A stretch of 64,000 nucleotides of DNA from a virus. Shown piece by piece: positions 51,164 to 59,592 of the stretch (the stretch's first letter is position 1; each line of letters starts with the position of its first letter). Where the stretch lies: positions 36,902 to 100,901 of the IMG/VR virus record IMGVR_UViG_3300043427_003273; one strand, given 5' to 3'. A model generated the notes under the pieces. The model worked only from the letters and a program-made list of their open reading frames with translations. It made no database searches and was not told the origin of the DNA. The position numbers and the translations under genes are program-made.

Positions 51164-51628
51164 TTAAGGGGTTTCTATCCCTTGGTTGAGCAAATATATG
51201 TCTTCTTCTAAGATTTCCTTCAAATAATCATTAGACCAATAGTTGTAATAGTTGGTTTTTGTTAAAATTTCACGAAATTTTCTTAATTTTTCTCTTGGTT
51301 GAGCTAAAATAAGGTTATACTTACCATTATTTGATTGAATACCATTAATATAGGTATCATAAGAAGCACAATCTTCAAAAAATTTCCAATCTAGATGCTT
51401 TTTATTATATATTTCCACCCATTCCTGCACTTGTTCAAGTGTTAGGTCATCTTCTACAACATATATGATGACATCAATTCCAATTATTGGTTTAATATCA
51501 CTTGATTTACACTCAATAATATCATATTTTGCATGTTTTGCAAATGGACAAATAGCAAATCCCCCAAGTTCAGGTCTTATCTCAGAAACGTTTTGAATCC
51601 ACTGTAAAATATTTTCTTTTACAGACAT
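51164..51628 (-). CDS. Hypothetical protein (CPFA motif, DUF1415-like)
   Basis: WIQNVS...GGFAICPFAK; fits operon spacing. Confidence 0.65.
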   Translation of the reverse strand: MSVKENILQWIQNVSEIRPELGGFAICPFAKHAKYDIIECKSSDIKPIIGIDVIIYVVEDDLTLEQVQEWVEIYNKKHLDWKFFEDCASYDTYINGIQSNNGKYNLILAQPREKLRKFREILTKTNYYNYWSNDYLKEILEEDIYLLNQGIETP

Positions 51629-51710
51629 AGAGAGATATTCGGGTATAGAGATATTTAACAGAGAGGAACGCGTTGCGGGATTTTTACTTCATAAGAATTC
51701 ATAAAGACAC

Positions 51711-51734
51711 AAAAAAACAGGGGTTGCCCCCTGT
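51711..51734 (-). terminator. Rho-independent terminator
   Basis: ACAGGGGGCAACCCCTGTTTTTTT. Confidence 0.85.
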
Positions 51735-51744
51735 AACTTTGTAA

Positions 51745-51891
51745 TTATTTTCCTTGTCCCCTATATCTTTTCCTTGCCTTGTTTCTACTGGATGCAGCAT
51801 ACTTGGTATGTTTCCCTTCACCCTGTCGGGATTTTTTGGGTGTAGATTCCAGGAATGCTGTACCGATTAGTGATTTTTTAATAGCAGCCAT
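51745..51891 (-). CDS. Small very basic protein (48 aa)
   Basis: Not in ORF track. MAAIKKSLIGTAFLESTPKKSRQGEGKHTKYAASSRNKARKRYRGQGK*; TAATG-coupled to the upstream ORF and followed by a terminator. Confidence 0.8.
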   Translation of the reverse strand: MAAIKKSLIGTAFLESTPKKSRQGEGKHTKYAASSRNKARKRYRGQGK

Positions 51892-52043
51892 TAGTCAATT
51901 GCCTCCAATTCAAGAAATTCTGGATCAAACTCTCCTTCATTATAAAACTTTTCTGCCAGTTCGTCAAGGACTTCTGTAGATTGTTCATAAGAAAGGTCTT
52001 TGTGAATAATTCGACCCTTATACAGAATATTAAACTTTCCCAT
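51891..52043 (-). CDS. Small acidic protein (50 aa)
   Basis: Not in ORF track. MGKFNILYKGRIIHKDLSYEQSTEVLDELAESFYNEGEFDPEFLELEAID*. Confidence 0.75.
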   Translation of the reverse strand: MGKFNILYKGRIIHKDLSYEQSTEVLDELAEKFYNEGEFDPEFLELEAID

Positions 52044-52049
52044 AAGATA

Positions 52050-52931
52050 TCAGATTACTCGGGTCTTTTCGTGTCCAACACGGATACGAGGATCACACCA
52101 GATCTCAAATCCTGCTTCTTTTGCATCGAGACAGAACGAAACGTCTTCTCCGCACATATCTTGTACTGCACCAGACTCAAAGACTTGCATCTTAGGTGCA
52201 AACCAAGGATACTTCATCTCCTCATGCTCAAATACACCATTCTTAATCATGACCCAACCAAATCCAGTGTAATCAACTGTAAATGGTTTCTTACGTTTGC
52301 TGATGCCATCAACCATCTCATGATTCATTACACCACCGTTATTACGGAAGTCATCTTCATCCAACCAGTGAGCAACAGAGGTGGTACGACCATCTTCTGT
52401 GCAATACCATCCAGCAGCAATGGGATGATCTTTTTCTGGATTTGCTTTGAGACTACGAGAAATTACATTTCCATTCTGATCAACTTTCTCTTCAAATGTA
52501 GCTCCTTGATTTCCTTCTTCATCTTCAGTATAAATTACTGCATCTTCGGGGAATGCAAGATCACAGAGTTGCCAGAATTTTTCCGTATTGAATACGATGT
52601 CACTGTCAATCCAGAGTTGGTAATCATAAGGAAGTCGTCCATCCCAGGGAATCTGATCAGGTCCTCGGAGAACATTTGCACCTAAACACTTGCAACGTGC
52701 AAAATTAACCATTGATGAGTAATCTTGAGAAATCTGAATACTCATCTGATTTTGTACAAGATCGAAACAGAGTTGTACAAAAGATTTGAGAAATTGGAAC
52801 GAGCACCCTCTGCCAGGCAAGCAGAAAACAATCGTCTTACCTCTCATGCGCTCTTTGATTTTTGCGTAGTCCCATTCCTCACCCTTTTCAACCTTAGGTG
52901 GGTTTGCTTTTACTGTGAATCCTTTTGCCAT
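52050..52931 (-). CDS. GT-A-fold glycosyltransferase-like protein
   Basis: WIDSDIVF (DxD), TGFGWVMI, GEDVSFC and VGHEK motifs. Confidence 0.75.
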   Translation of the reverse strand: MAKGFTVKANPPKVEKGEEWDYAKIKERMRGKTIVFCLPGRGCSFQFLKSFVQLCFDLVQNQMSIQISQDYSSMVNFARCKCLGANVLRGPDQIPWDGRLPYDYQLWIDSDIVFNTEKFWQLCDLAFPEDAVIYTEDEEGNQGATFEEKVDQNGNVISRSLKANPEKDHPIAAGWYCTEDGRTTSVAHWLDEDDFRNNGGVMNHEMVDGISKRKKPFTVDYTGFGWVMIKNGVFEHEEMKYPWFAPKMQVFESGAVQDMCGEDVSFCLDAKEAGFEIWCDPRIRVGHEKTRVI

Positions 52932-52984
52932 AATAGTATCAATGTTCAGTTAATATTTTAAAGTATTTTAATATAACAGTCAAG

Positions 52985-53203
52985 TCAATGAGAAGATTCT
53001 AATGTTATTTTCTTATTGACTACAAGTTCCTCATAAGATAAATCAGCAGTCTCATAATTACCTCCGAGAAGTTCTGTGAGGTAATTTAATGTATCCCAAT
53101 TTTTTTGAAATTCTTCTTCGGGCAAACTATGATAAACACACTTACCTTTTAAGTAGATATGATAAATCTTCGTTTCACTCATGAATCTTATTCGGTCTCT
53201 CAC
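52985..53203 (-). CDS. Conserved hypothetical protein
   Basis: KIYHIYLKGKCVYHSLPEEEF; late promoter box at 53209. Confidence 0.7.
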   Translation of the reverse strand: MRDRIRFMSETKIYHIYLKGKCVYHSLPEEEFQKNWDTLNYLTELLGGNYETADLSYEELVVNKKITLESSH

Positions 53204-53207
53204 TGGG

Positions 53208-53438
53208 TTATTTATGTGTATACCTTAGAAGCACTATCATAAGAAACATGAGGATACTTATGAGTTTTATCGAGGGTGGTCCGAAAATTATGAGTCCTAA
53301 TAAGACTGCAGAGATCCTTAGCATTTGTGCTGGATATCTTATTAACCATCCAACTAACACTGCTCGGTAGATATTCCAATAGGGGGTTTTGGGGGAATTT
53401 TTACCACGGGAAAATTTTTGATATCGACCGTAAACCAT
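53208..53438 (-). CDS. Small membrane protein
   Basis: TPYWNIYRAVLVGWLIRYP followed by hydrophobic segments; start uncertain. Confidence 0.6.
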   Translation of the reverse strand: MVYGRYQKFSRGKNSPKTPYWNIYRAVLVGWLIRYPAQMLRISAVLLGLIIFGPPSIKLISILMFLMIVLLRYTHK

Positions 53439-53545
53439 TTTGAAAATAATATAGAGATTGTTATATATCGACCGATTATCAAGATTTGTAGGTTAGAAGG
53501 ACCCATCAATTTTAGCTACGGGCGGGACCGACCGTAATCGGCACA

Positions 53546-53602
53546 CATAAGAACTGCTAATACATCACGAACGACCCATAAGGACTGCTGATGTATCACG
53601 AA
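53546..53602. repeat. 26-bp direct repeat (22/26 identical) at the early/late boundary
   Basis: CATAAGAACTGCTAATACATCACGAA (53546) and CATAAGGACTGCTGATGTATCACGAA (53577). Confidence 0.8.
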
Positions 53603-53631
53603 GGGGGCAATGTGTGCCCCCTAAGTATACC

Positions 53632-53904
53632 TTACTCTGCTGCCTGTTCGATAGCAACGAGGTTGCCATTTGCCCTTGCTTGTGCAATCAAACGACCGAG
53701 GGAGATACCCTTACAATCAGTGTAGGAGATGATCTCAATCAGATCAGCACAGAACTCAGGGTTGCTATTGAAACCGTATGCACGGTTTGTGTTGTTTTGG
53801 AAGATCACTTCGACATAACCTTCCTGCTCAATGTGCAGGTTCTGGATTGCACTCGATTCGGCAACGGTGAAGGTGCGGAAGACAGGTGCGGTTGCGGTGG
53901 TCAT
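53632..53904 (-). CDS. Early protein, KTSC-like
   Basis: ESSAIQNLHI...VEVIFQ...AYGF...SLGRLI resembles KTSC; start reassigned to ATG 53904, downstream of the TACAAT promoter. Confidence 0.6.
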   Translation of the reverse strand: MTTATAPVFRTFTVAESSAIQNLHIEQEGYVEVIFQNNTNRAYGFNSNPEFCADLIEIISYTDCKGISLGRLIAQARANGNLVAIEQAAE

Positions 53905-53974
53905 GGTGTGCGGTGCGTGTTTGCTTGTTAATTGTACCATGGGGAGGGGGGATCTGTGAATCCCCCCGAAGGGG

Positions 53975-54232
53975 TCAGGGCAGGGGGGATGCCATTGCCT
54001 TGAAGGTGCCCCATGCGGTTTTGATCTTGGTTCCGATCCGTTTGCCAGAGGTGCAACCAGAGGACCATCCGAAGTGGGGGTTCCACTGTTGCACGTTGCC
54101 GCACCACTGAACCCAGTTGGTGTTGCCTGCGGGGCACCAGGGGTCGTCAGAGTACAGACGAACGTAACCGCAGACCGAGGAGAGTTCTGCCATGCGGAGT
54201 TCGATGCGTTCTGCGTCGGAGAGGTGGATCAC
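53975..54232 (-). CDS. Early hypothetical protein
   Basis: GTG start after TGcTACACT -10 box (~54260). Confidence 0.6.
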   Translation of the reverse strand: MIHLSDAERIELRMAELSSVCGYVRLYSDDPWCPAGNTNWVQWCGNVQQWNPHFGWSSGCTSGKRIGTKIKTAWGTFKAMASPLP

Positions 54233-54298
54233 GGGGTTTCCCTTGCGGTTGACTCTGACAGTGTAGCACGGGGAGGGGGCATTGCTGCCCCCGTTGCC

Positions 54299-54577
54299 TC
54301 AGAACATGGTGGCAACGATGCGGTCCCGTTTGCGGATGGCATCGGTGCGGATGAACCACAGATCCCGTTTGCCCGTCTTCTCATTGCGGGTGGAACCCAG
54401 GATCTCCTGCCGTTCCATTTGGCAGAGCACTGCGTGGATCGTGCCCTTGTGCTCACGGGGGTTCAGACCCATGGCACGGGTGAGGTCGGAGAGGGTCTTA
54501 GGACCCTGCTGGATCAGGATGCCACGGGTGAAGACACGCACGGGCAGGGTCAGGACGGGGGTGAGGTCGAGGGTCAT
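54299..54577 (-). CDS. Early winged-HTH-like protein
   Basis: GPKTLSDLTRAMG...GTIHAVLCQMERQEIL...TGKRDLWFI pattern. Confidence 0.6.
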   Translation of the reverse strand: MTLDLTPVLTLPVRVFTRGILIQQGPKTLSDLTRAMGLNPREHKGTIHAVLCQMERQEILGSTRNEKTGKRDLWFIRTDAIRKRDRIVATMF

Positions 54578-54659
54578 GGGGTGTTCCCTTGGTTGACTTG
54601 TTCAGTATAAGGGGTGGAGAGGGGGCACTGCTGCCCCCCATGTGCAACTTAACGAACTG

Positions 54660-55385
54660 TCACACCCCCAGTGCTGCCCGCAGTTCTTTCTTGACTGTAC
54701 GGTTTGCCCGTGCATGTTTGCCCCAGTCAGACCCTGCAGGTTGCGTACCATGCACCAGGATGGCATAAGGACCAGGAGTGAAACAATGCCGTTCGTCTAC
54801 ATCAACAGGCAGACCCAGAGCATCAGCAACCTCCACAGATTCGACGACCTTAGCATAACGAGGGAAGTATCCTTCGTCGATCAGGTAGTCAAACTTGCCA
54901 CCATAAGATGCGGTGAGGTAGAAGTTCTCGGGCAGATCCAAACCCATAAAAAGGTTGAGGGATTTGCTGTAGCAGTAGAACTTAATCGTAGGATTTGCCA
55001 TTGCCACCATCACCCATGCTTGGAGATAGTGTGCATTGAAGAAGTCACCCGATTCATGAATGCGAACACGTTTGTGCTTCTTCTTCAGGTTCTTATGCAG
55101 TTCGGTGTTGATAAAGTCGGCAAGGTTGCCATTCTTCATAACATCCAGAACCTGGGCAAAGTTGTCTGCACGGTTGAAGAATACCTGATCGTATTGCACC
55201 TCAGAGGATGCAGCAAAGCAACGGAACTCGGTGTGAGGACCATCTGCGATCTTGCGACCCTCAGGTGTCACAACTGCAAACGATTTGCAGAACATCGCAC
55301 CAGGGCAGGTCTTTCCTGCGGGCAGGTTGAAGATCAGGGTGTTTTTGTTGATCTTTGCGTTGCCAGTGGAGAAGTGCAGTGCCAT
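54660..55385 (-). CDS. GP88-like protein (radical-SAM-related Cys motif)
   Basis: GNAKI...FNLPAGKTCPGAMFC...CFA...RVRIHESGDFF...FYCYSK; start reassigned to ATG 55385. Confidence 0.75.
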   Translation of the reverse strand: MALHFSTGNAKINKNTLIFNLPAGKTCPGAMFCKSFAVVTPEGRKIADGPHTEFRCFAASSEVQYDQVFFNRADNFAQVLDVMKNGNLADFINTELHKNLKKKHKRVRIHESGDFFNAHYLQAWVMVAMANPTIKFYCYSKSLNLFMGLDLPENFYLTASYGGKFDYLIDEGYFPRYAKVVESVEVADALGLPVDVDERHCFTPGPYAILVHGTQPAGSDWGKHARANRTVKKELRAALGV

Positions 55386-55457
55386 TGGTTCAGGTGGTGA
55401 ACTTCGATCAGTGTAGGGCATGGGTGGGGACCGTTGCCGATCCCCTTGTGCAGGTTG

Positions 55458-55619
55458 TCAGGGTGTCACAGTGGGGATGTCATCAACCCACACAATACCC
55501 CACAACTCATCCACTGTAACCTCCAGCATTGCTGCCAGACCCTCATCATCCATCACCGCAGGGGAGATGTCGATCAGGGGGTGCTCGTCGATCTGGATCA
55601 TCGTGCAGAACAGGTCCAT
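55458..55619 (-). CDS. Small acidic early protein (53 aa)
   Basis: Not in ORF track. MDLFCTMIQIDEHPLIDISPAVMDDEGLAAMLEV...; preceded by TAGGAT -10. Confidence 0.65.
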   Translation of the reverse strand: MDLFCTMIQIDEHPLIDISPAVMDDEGLAAMLEVTVDELWGIVWVDDIPTVTP

Positions 55620-55691
55620 GGGTCGTTTGCGGTTGACTGGTTCATCCTACAGCATGAGGGGCACCGTTGGGGGTGCCCAGTTCACAAACCT

Positions 55692-55943
55692 TCACATCAT
55701 GGAAATGACTTGCATGATGCTAGAAACCTGAACAGGAGTTTGCCAGGAAATTACATCCTCCAGCATGTTGTTGTTGGGTCTGATGATAGCAACCTCAAAG
55801 GTATCCTCACCGATGACACCATACAGACCAGAACCTTTCGGACCTGCAACTACACTTACTTTCCATTCATTCGGGAAAGTATGTTGGGCAATCGTGCCAC
55901 CTTTGATGACACCATGATCACGAAAGTTCAGAGTGGAGAACAT
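55692..55943 (-). CDS. Early hypothetical protein
   Basis: MFSTLNFRDH...FPNEWKVSVV...GLYG...TFEVAII; promoter TATAGT at 55968. Confidence 0.75.
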   Translation of the reverse strand: MFSTLNFRDHGVIKGGTIAQHTFPNEWKVSVVAGPKGSGLYGVIGEDTFEVAIIRPNNNMLEDVISWQTPVQVSSIMQVISMM

Positions 55944-56022
55944 TGTCCTGTCCGATTGACTGAAACAACTATAAGGGGTCGGGGGCACCGTTTGGCACCC
56001 CCAGTGGACACCTGGCAAGGTG

Positions 56023-56472
56023 TCACATCTTGCCTTCTTTCACCAAACGATCATAAAGTGCAGAGGCAATCTTACCACATTCGGGACATGCTTTCGCATA
56101 CTTAATGTCCGAACGAAGTGTGGCAACGTTGTTGTTAGTCTTGGGCAGATACTTCACCCGATAAACTGCAGAAACCAGTTTGAGTAGTTGACGTTTCTGC
56201 AGATCACCATGAATGCTCTTCCACTGATAAACAGGGGTGAAATACTGATAGTTGTTGCCTTCGGTGCGGCACTTCTGCAGTGCCTTGATGATGTTGGCAG
56301 AAGTCAGATCACCGAAGTAAGGTGTGAGTTCCTGGTGCATAAACACGTCGAACTCTTCTGCTTCCGTGAGAACTTTGATCTTGTCGGTAAGAGACTCCAT
56401 GGTGCGTTGAATCGCATCCATGTTGCTCTTCAGGTTGAGGACTTCGTTCTGGAGGATAGCAATGGTGGTCAT
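56023..56472 (-). CDS. Early protein with N-terminal coiled coil
   Basis: Start reassigned to MTTIAILQNE, downstream of the palindrome promoter. Confidence 0.7.
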   Translation of the reverse strand: MTTIAILQNEVLNLKSNMDAIQRTMESLTDKIKVLTEAEEFDVFMHQELTPYFGDLTSANIIKALQKCRTEGNNYQYFTPVYQWKSIHGDLQKRQLLKLVSAVYRVKYLPKTNNNVATLRSDIKYAKACPECGKIASALYDRLVKEGKM

Positions 56473-56590
56473 GATGTGTTGCGGAGGTGTGATGGGTGTG
56501 TGTCCCTCCGATGCACATAAGATCCCACAGATCCTGGGGCACCACAAGGGGGTTTGTGCCACCTGTCGAACTGTCCATTCTCATGTTGAC

Positions 56591-56616
56591 AAAAAAAAGA
56601 GGGGTGCTAACCCCTC
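56591..56616 (-). terminator. Rho-independent terminator
   Basis: GAGGGGTTAGCACCCCTCTTTTTTTT. Confidence 0.9.
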
Positions 56617-56622
56617 ATGAGA

Positions 56623-56811
56623 TCAAAACTCGATCTCCCAATCTTTGTCGTGGTGAATGTCAACCCAGAAATGGTTTTTACCATTTGCAGATGTAACAAA
56701 CACCTTATCACCTTTGTTCTGTTCGATGATAACTTCATCAACAGAATCCATCAGATTTGCGAATCGGTTTTTTGCCTTTTTGGATTTGGGAAAGACAAAT
56801 GCTGTTTCCAT
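56623..56811 (-). CDS. Conserved cyanophage early protein
   Basis: PKSKKAKNRFANLM...IEQ...FWVD...DKDW; last gene of its operon. Confidence 0.75.
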   Translation of the reverse strand: METAFVFPKSKKAKNRFANLMDSVDEVIIEQNKGDKVFVTSANGKNHFWVDIHHDKDWEIEF

Positions 56812-56954
56812 TAGAACTCAATCCAATCCGAAGTGGGTTCATTTGCAATCATAGCATCATCCTCCTCCCCCATGGCAATGGTGTCGAGGATCTTAAGAAT
56901 CTCTTCACCAGTGGAACCCTGACGAAGCATGGACAGCATGAGTTGTTTGGTCAT
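56811..56954 (-). CDS. Small early protein (47 aa)
   Basis: Not in ORF track. MTKQLMLSMLRQGSTGEEILKILDTI...; TAATG-coupled to the next ORF. Confidence 0.7.
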   Translation of the reverse strand: MTKQLMLSMLRQGSTGEEILKILDTIAMGEEDDAMIANEPTSDWIEF

Positions 56955-57002
56955 GATAAGAATGTGTGAACGTTTGTAGTTTAGGTGATAACTCGTCGAG
57001 AT

Positions 57003-57236
57003 TTAAGTGTCTTGTGACACTTGTTCTTGTGTCACATCCTCGACCAGTTCTTGCCAGTATTCCTCATCATAAATTGATGTGATGAGGTCTTCCATGTCAT
57101 GTTGATTAGCAGATTGAAAAGAATCTACCAGCATCTCATAGAGCATTTGTTCCATTGATTTCGTGTCCATTTCATCAACGACACGATCACAATATTTCTC
57201 GATGATTTCATCGAGTTGTTGAGGAGTGAGATTCAT
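57003..57236 (-). CDS. Acidic early protein
   Basis: ATGA-coupled; very D/E-rich. Confidence 0.75.
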   Translation of the reverse strand: MNLTPQQLDEIIEKYCDRVVDEMDTKSMEQMLYEMLVDSFQSANQHDMEDLITSIYDEEYWQELVEDVTQEQVSQDT

Positions 57237-57442
57237 TTGATTTCACAATAATCAATGGACTTGATGCACCAACCTGTTTCATTTGTGATCTCATCAACGA
57301 GATCCTCTTCATCCTCAATGTCCCAATCGCAATTCATAACATTGCGAATGATCTCTTCTTGAGGAACAGGATCACCTTCCCATCCTTCATCATAATCATC
57401 ACCGAAATCAAACTCAATGGCAGTAATCTTGAAAGTTTTCAT
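57233..57442 (-). CDS. Acidic early protein
   Basis: ITAIEFDF...DEEDLVDEITNETGWCIKSIDY. Confidence 0.75.
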   Translation of the reverse strand: MKTFKITAIEFDFGDDYDEGWEGDPVPQEEIIRNVMNCDWDIEDEEDLVDEITNETGWCIKSIDYCEIK

Positions 57443-57567
57443 TTTGCAGTAGAAGATGCGAAGGATTGAATACCATCAATGGCACGATTGCCCATGTTGG
57501 CTATACCATTGAAACCAACGGTTGAGAGAATAACTCCAACCACAAGACCAACGAAAAACTTACTCAT
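57439..57567 (-). CDS. Small membrane protein (42 aa)
   Basis: Not in ORF track. MSKFFVGLVVGVILSTVGFNGIA...; ATGA overlaps at both ends. Confidence 0.7.
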   Translation of the reverse strand: MSKFFVGLVVGVILSTVGFNGIANMGNRAIDGIQSFASSTAK

Positions 57568-57698
57568 TGAGGCACCTCTTGAATCACCTCTTCAATGGAA
57601 ATGATTTGTTTGTCTTCATTGATGTAATCAGTGCGAACAAGATTCGGTCCAACTTGTGTTTGACCGATGATGTAAGCAGCAGCAAGAAGTTCAATCAT
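57564..57698 (-). CDS. Small early protein (44 aa)
   Basis: Not in ORF track. MIELLAAAYIIGQTQVGPNLVRTDYINE... Confidence 0.65.
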   Translation of the reverse strand: MIELLAAAYIIGQTQVGPNLVRTDYINEDKQIISIEEVIQEVPQ

Positions 57699-57798
57699 CT
57701 TGTGTTTGGTAGTATTCAATGAGTGTATTCTCGTCGAGATTTTCTAACTCTTCGTCAGAAATCTGATTGAGAATTGAAAAGATGTCGTCAAAAGTCAT
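57691..57798 (-). CDS. Acidic micro-protein (35 aa)
   Basis: Not in ORF track. MTFDDIFSILNQISDEELENLDENTLIEYYQTQDD*. Confidence 0.55.
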   Translation of the reverse strand: MTFDDIFSILNQISDEELENLDENTLIEYYQTQDD

Positions 57799-57913
57799 TG
57801 TTCGACTCCAACGCAACACCAAATGCGTAGTCATCGTATTCAATGTCATCGAAATCTTCAGATTCGATGAGATCCAGAAGTGGATCAGTGTTCAGAAGAT
57901 CGTCGTGCTCCAT
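57788..57913 (-). CDS. Extremely acidic micro-protein (41 aa)
   Basis: Not in ORF track. MEHDDLLNTDPLLDLIESEDFDDIEYDDYAFGVALESNNDF*; first ORF after the palindrome promoter at 57970. Confidence 0.65.
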   Translation of the reverse strand: MEHDDLLNTDPLLDLIESEDFDDIEYDDYAFGVALESNNDF

Positions 57914-57992
57914 GTGTTTGTTTCGACTCTTGTATTATGTAGCAGGACACTGGGGAAATCCAGTGTCCTTGTGCCACTTGTGAGAGTGTCTA

Positions 57993-58373
57993 CTATTCGC
58001 AGAACACCTCACCCTTATGTGTTAACCACACTCTCTTTGCATTGTGTACATCACCATTGCGAGTTTGGAAGAAATCATTATGATAAGGATTGTAATTTAC
58101 CCTTACCATCTTCTCTTCACATCCCAATGTGTTTGCCATGAGTGTACCATACGCAAAGGCATGAACATACTTTTTGTTCTCTTTGCGGACACGATTCTGC
58201 CCTGCTTTGTTCACAACAAAGTGAACATCGTCGAGAACCACATAATCCCAACGCAACCACACTCTCCAACCCTTGGGAGTTTTGCGTTGAATGCTCCAGC
58301 AACCGTCCCGCAGGTTGCGGTAGACACGGACGGTCTCCTTGTGAAGAACGGGTTCGCCTTTGTGGTTTTTCAT
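57993..58373 (-). CDS. Conserved phage early protein
   Basis: VRVYRNL...WSI...FVVNKAGQNRVRKE.KKYVHAF...VNYNPY; start reassigned to ATG 58373. Confidence 0.8.
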   Translation of the reverse strand: MKNHKGEPVLHKETVRVYRNLRDGCWSIQRKTPKGWRVWLRWDYVVLDDVHFVVNKAGQNRVRKENKKYVHAFAYGTLMANTLGCEEKMVRVNYNPYHNDFFQTRNGDVHNAKRVWLTHKGEVFCE

Positions 58374-58451
58374 GAGGTGTCTCAGGAACAAACGTAGTAT
58401 GCCATGAATCAGGGGGGACCGCAATCCCCCCGTGTGCCAGTTGTCAGGGTG

Positions 58452-58616
58452 TCACAGGCACCCGTTGGCATCAAGAAAACCAGCACACCATCCATCCCCA
58501 TAATAGTAACCAATGTAATAGTTACCAAATGAGATACCAAATTGTTCTTCCATGTGATGGGTATTCTTCAGATCCCAACCAATGTAGAAGAATTTGGTGT
58601 TGAATGAGAATTTCAT
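58452..58616 (-). CDS. Small aromatic-rich early protein (54 aa)
   Basis: Start reassigned to ATG 58616; leader identical to that of the 58373 gene. Confidence 0.7.
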   Translation of the reverse strand: MKFSFNTKFFYIGWDLKNTHHMEEQFGISFGNYYIGYYYGDGWCAGFLDANGCL

Positions 58617-58686
58617 GAGGTGTCTCAGGAACAAACGTAGTATGGCAGGGATCTCATGAGAACACAAGACCCCTTGTGCCAGTCTC

Positions 58687-59124
58687 TCAACTGGACATCT
58701 TTACATACTGCTCGATGATGTTTGAGATCTCAGAAGGACCAATCTGTGTACCATCCTTCAGTATAAACGACTGATAAGGATCGACACCTTCCCGAGAATC
58801 AATTGTGGTAGAATTGATGGTCATGAACTTAGAAGTCATGGCATCTTGACGAATTTGATCACTTAACCAATCCCAAAGTTCAGTGTCATGATTATCCTCT
58901 TCGGTGTCACAGTTAATGAGAATCTCATTCCCATTCTGCCACACGTACTTTTCAAACTCAGTGATCACATCATCATACTCCATGTCTGCCAACCAGGAGA
59001 TACTCTCACTGAGATCATCCACATGATTACCAATGAAATCTACAAGAGATTTAAAATACTCTTCCAGGTTAAAATCATCAGCAACCTGACACTTGGAAGT
59101 GCAAACAAATTGAGTGTAGGACAT
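58687..59124 (-). CDS. Acidic early protein (145 aa)
   Basis: Own palindrome promoter; stop codon inside the next palindrome. Confidence 0.75.
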   Translation of the reverse strand: MSYTQFVCTSKCQVADDFNLEEYFKSLVDFIGNHVDDLSESISWLADMEYDDVITEFEKYVWQNGNEILINCDTEEDNHDTELWDWLSDQIRQDAMTSKFMTINSTTIDSREGVDPYQSFILKDGTQIGPSEISNIIEQYVKMSS

Positions 59125-59196
59125 GAGAGTTCTGTGGGGAACAAATGTAATGTAACAGGGATCTTATGAGAACACAAGACCCCTTGTGCCACTTGA

Positions 59197-59421
59197 TCAG
59201 GTGTCTGCTGAGATGAAAGTTTCAAAGAACAAATCCCATGCGGGACTATCAGCAACAAAGGAATGAATTCCTACCTGATCACATACCCATTCGTATGCCA
59301 TATCGCAATCTGCGTTAGTATCTAACACAAATGATTGCAATCCAGAAATTACATCAAGAAACACTGAATCTTCAATCAAAGATTGACGAAACTTCTTGGT
59401 GTGCTGATCTTGGATGATCAT
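59197..59421 (-). CDS. Early hypothetical protein
   Basis: DCDMAYEWVCDQ; own palindrome promoter. Confidence 0.75.
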   Translation of the reverse strand: MIIQDQHTKKFRQSLIEDSVFLDVISGLQSFVLDTNADCDMAYEWVCDQVGIHSFVADSPAWDLFFETFISADT

Positions 59422-59454
59422 GAGATTTGTGTGAACTGTGAATATCTTATGGGA

Positions 59455-59592
59455 TCAAATCCAGAACTGTTGGGACACTTGTGCAGGTTTTGAATCTGGC
59501 ACACCAGTCCTTGACCCATACCATCCCATGATGCTAAAGGCAATTCCCATAAGAACTGCAAAACTTACAAGTTCTGATGATTTAATATTCAC
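59455..59592 (-). CDS. Small membrane protein (45 aa, GTG start)
   Basis: Not in ORF track. (M)NIKSSELVSFAVLMGIAFSIMGWYG...; GTGA-coupled to the upstream ORF. Confidence 0.5.
   Translation of the reverse strand: MNIKSSELVSFAVLMGIAFSIMGWYGSRTGVPDSKPAQVSQQFWI

Noticed and set aside
53614-56105. Long plus-strand ORFs in the GC-rich region (e.g. 54074-54610, 54642-55400, 55434-56105) and 51981-52685
   Set aside because: Antisense shadows of minus-strand genes that have their own promoters and motifs; no plus-strand signals
58374-58667. Shared N-terminal peptide ILRLFLRHLMK in ORFs 57993-58424 and 58452-58667
   Set aside because: Artefact of over-extended starts translating the duplicated promoter/leader; true ATGs are 58373 and 58616
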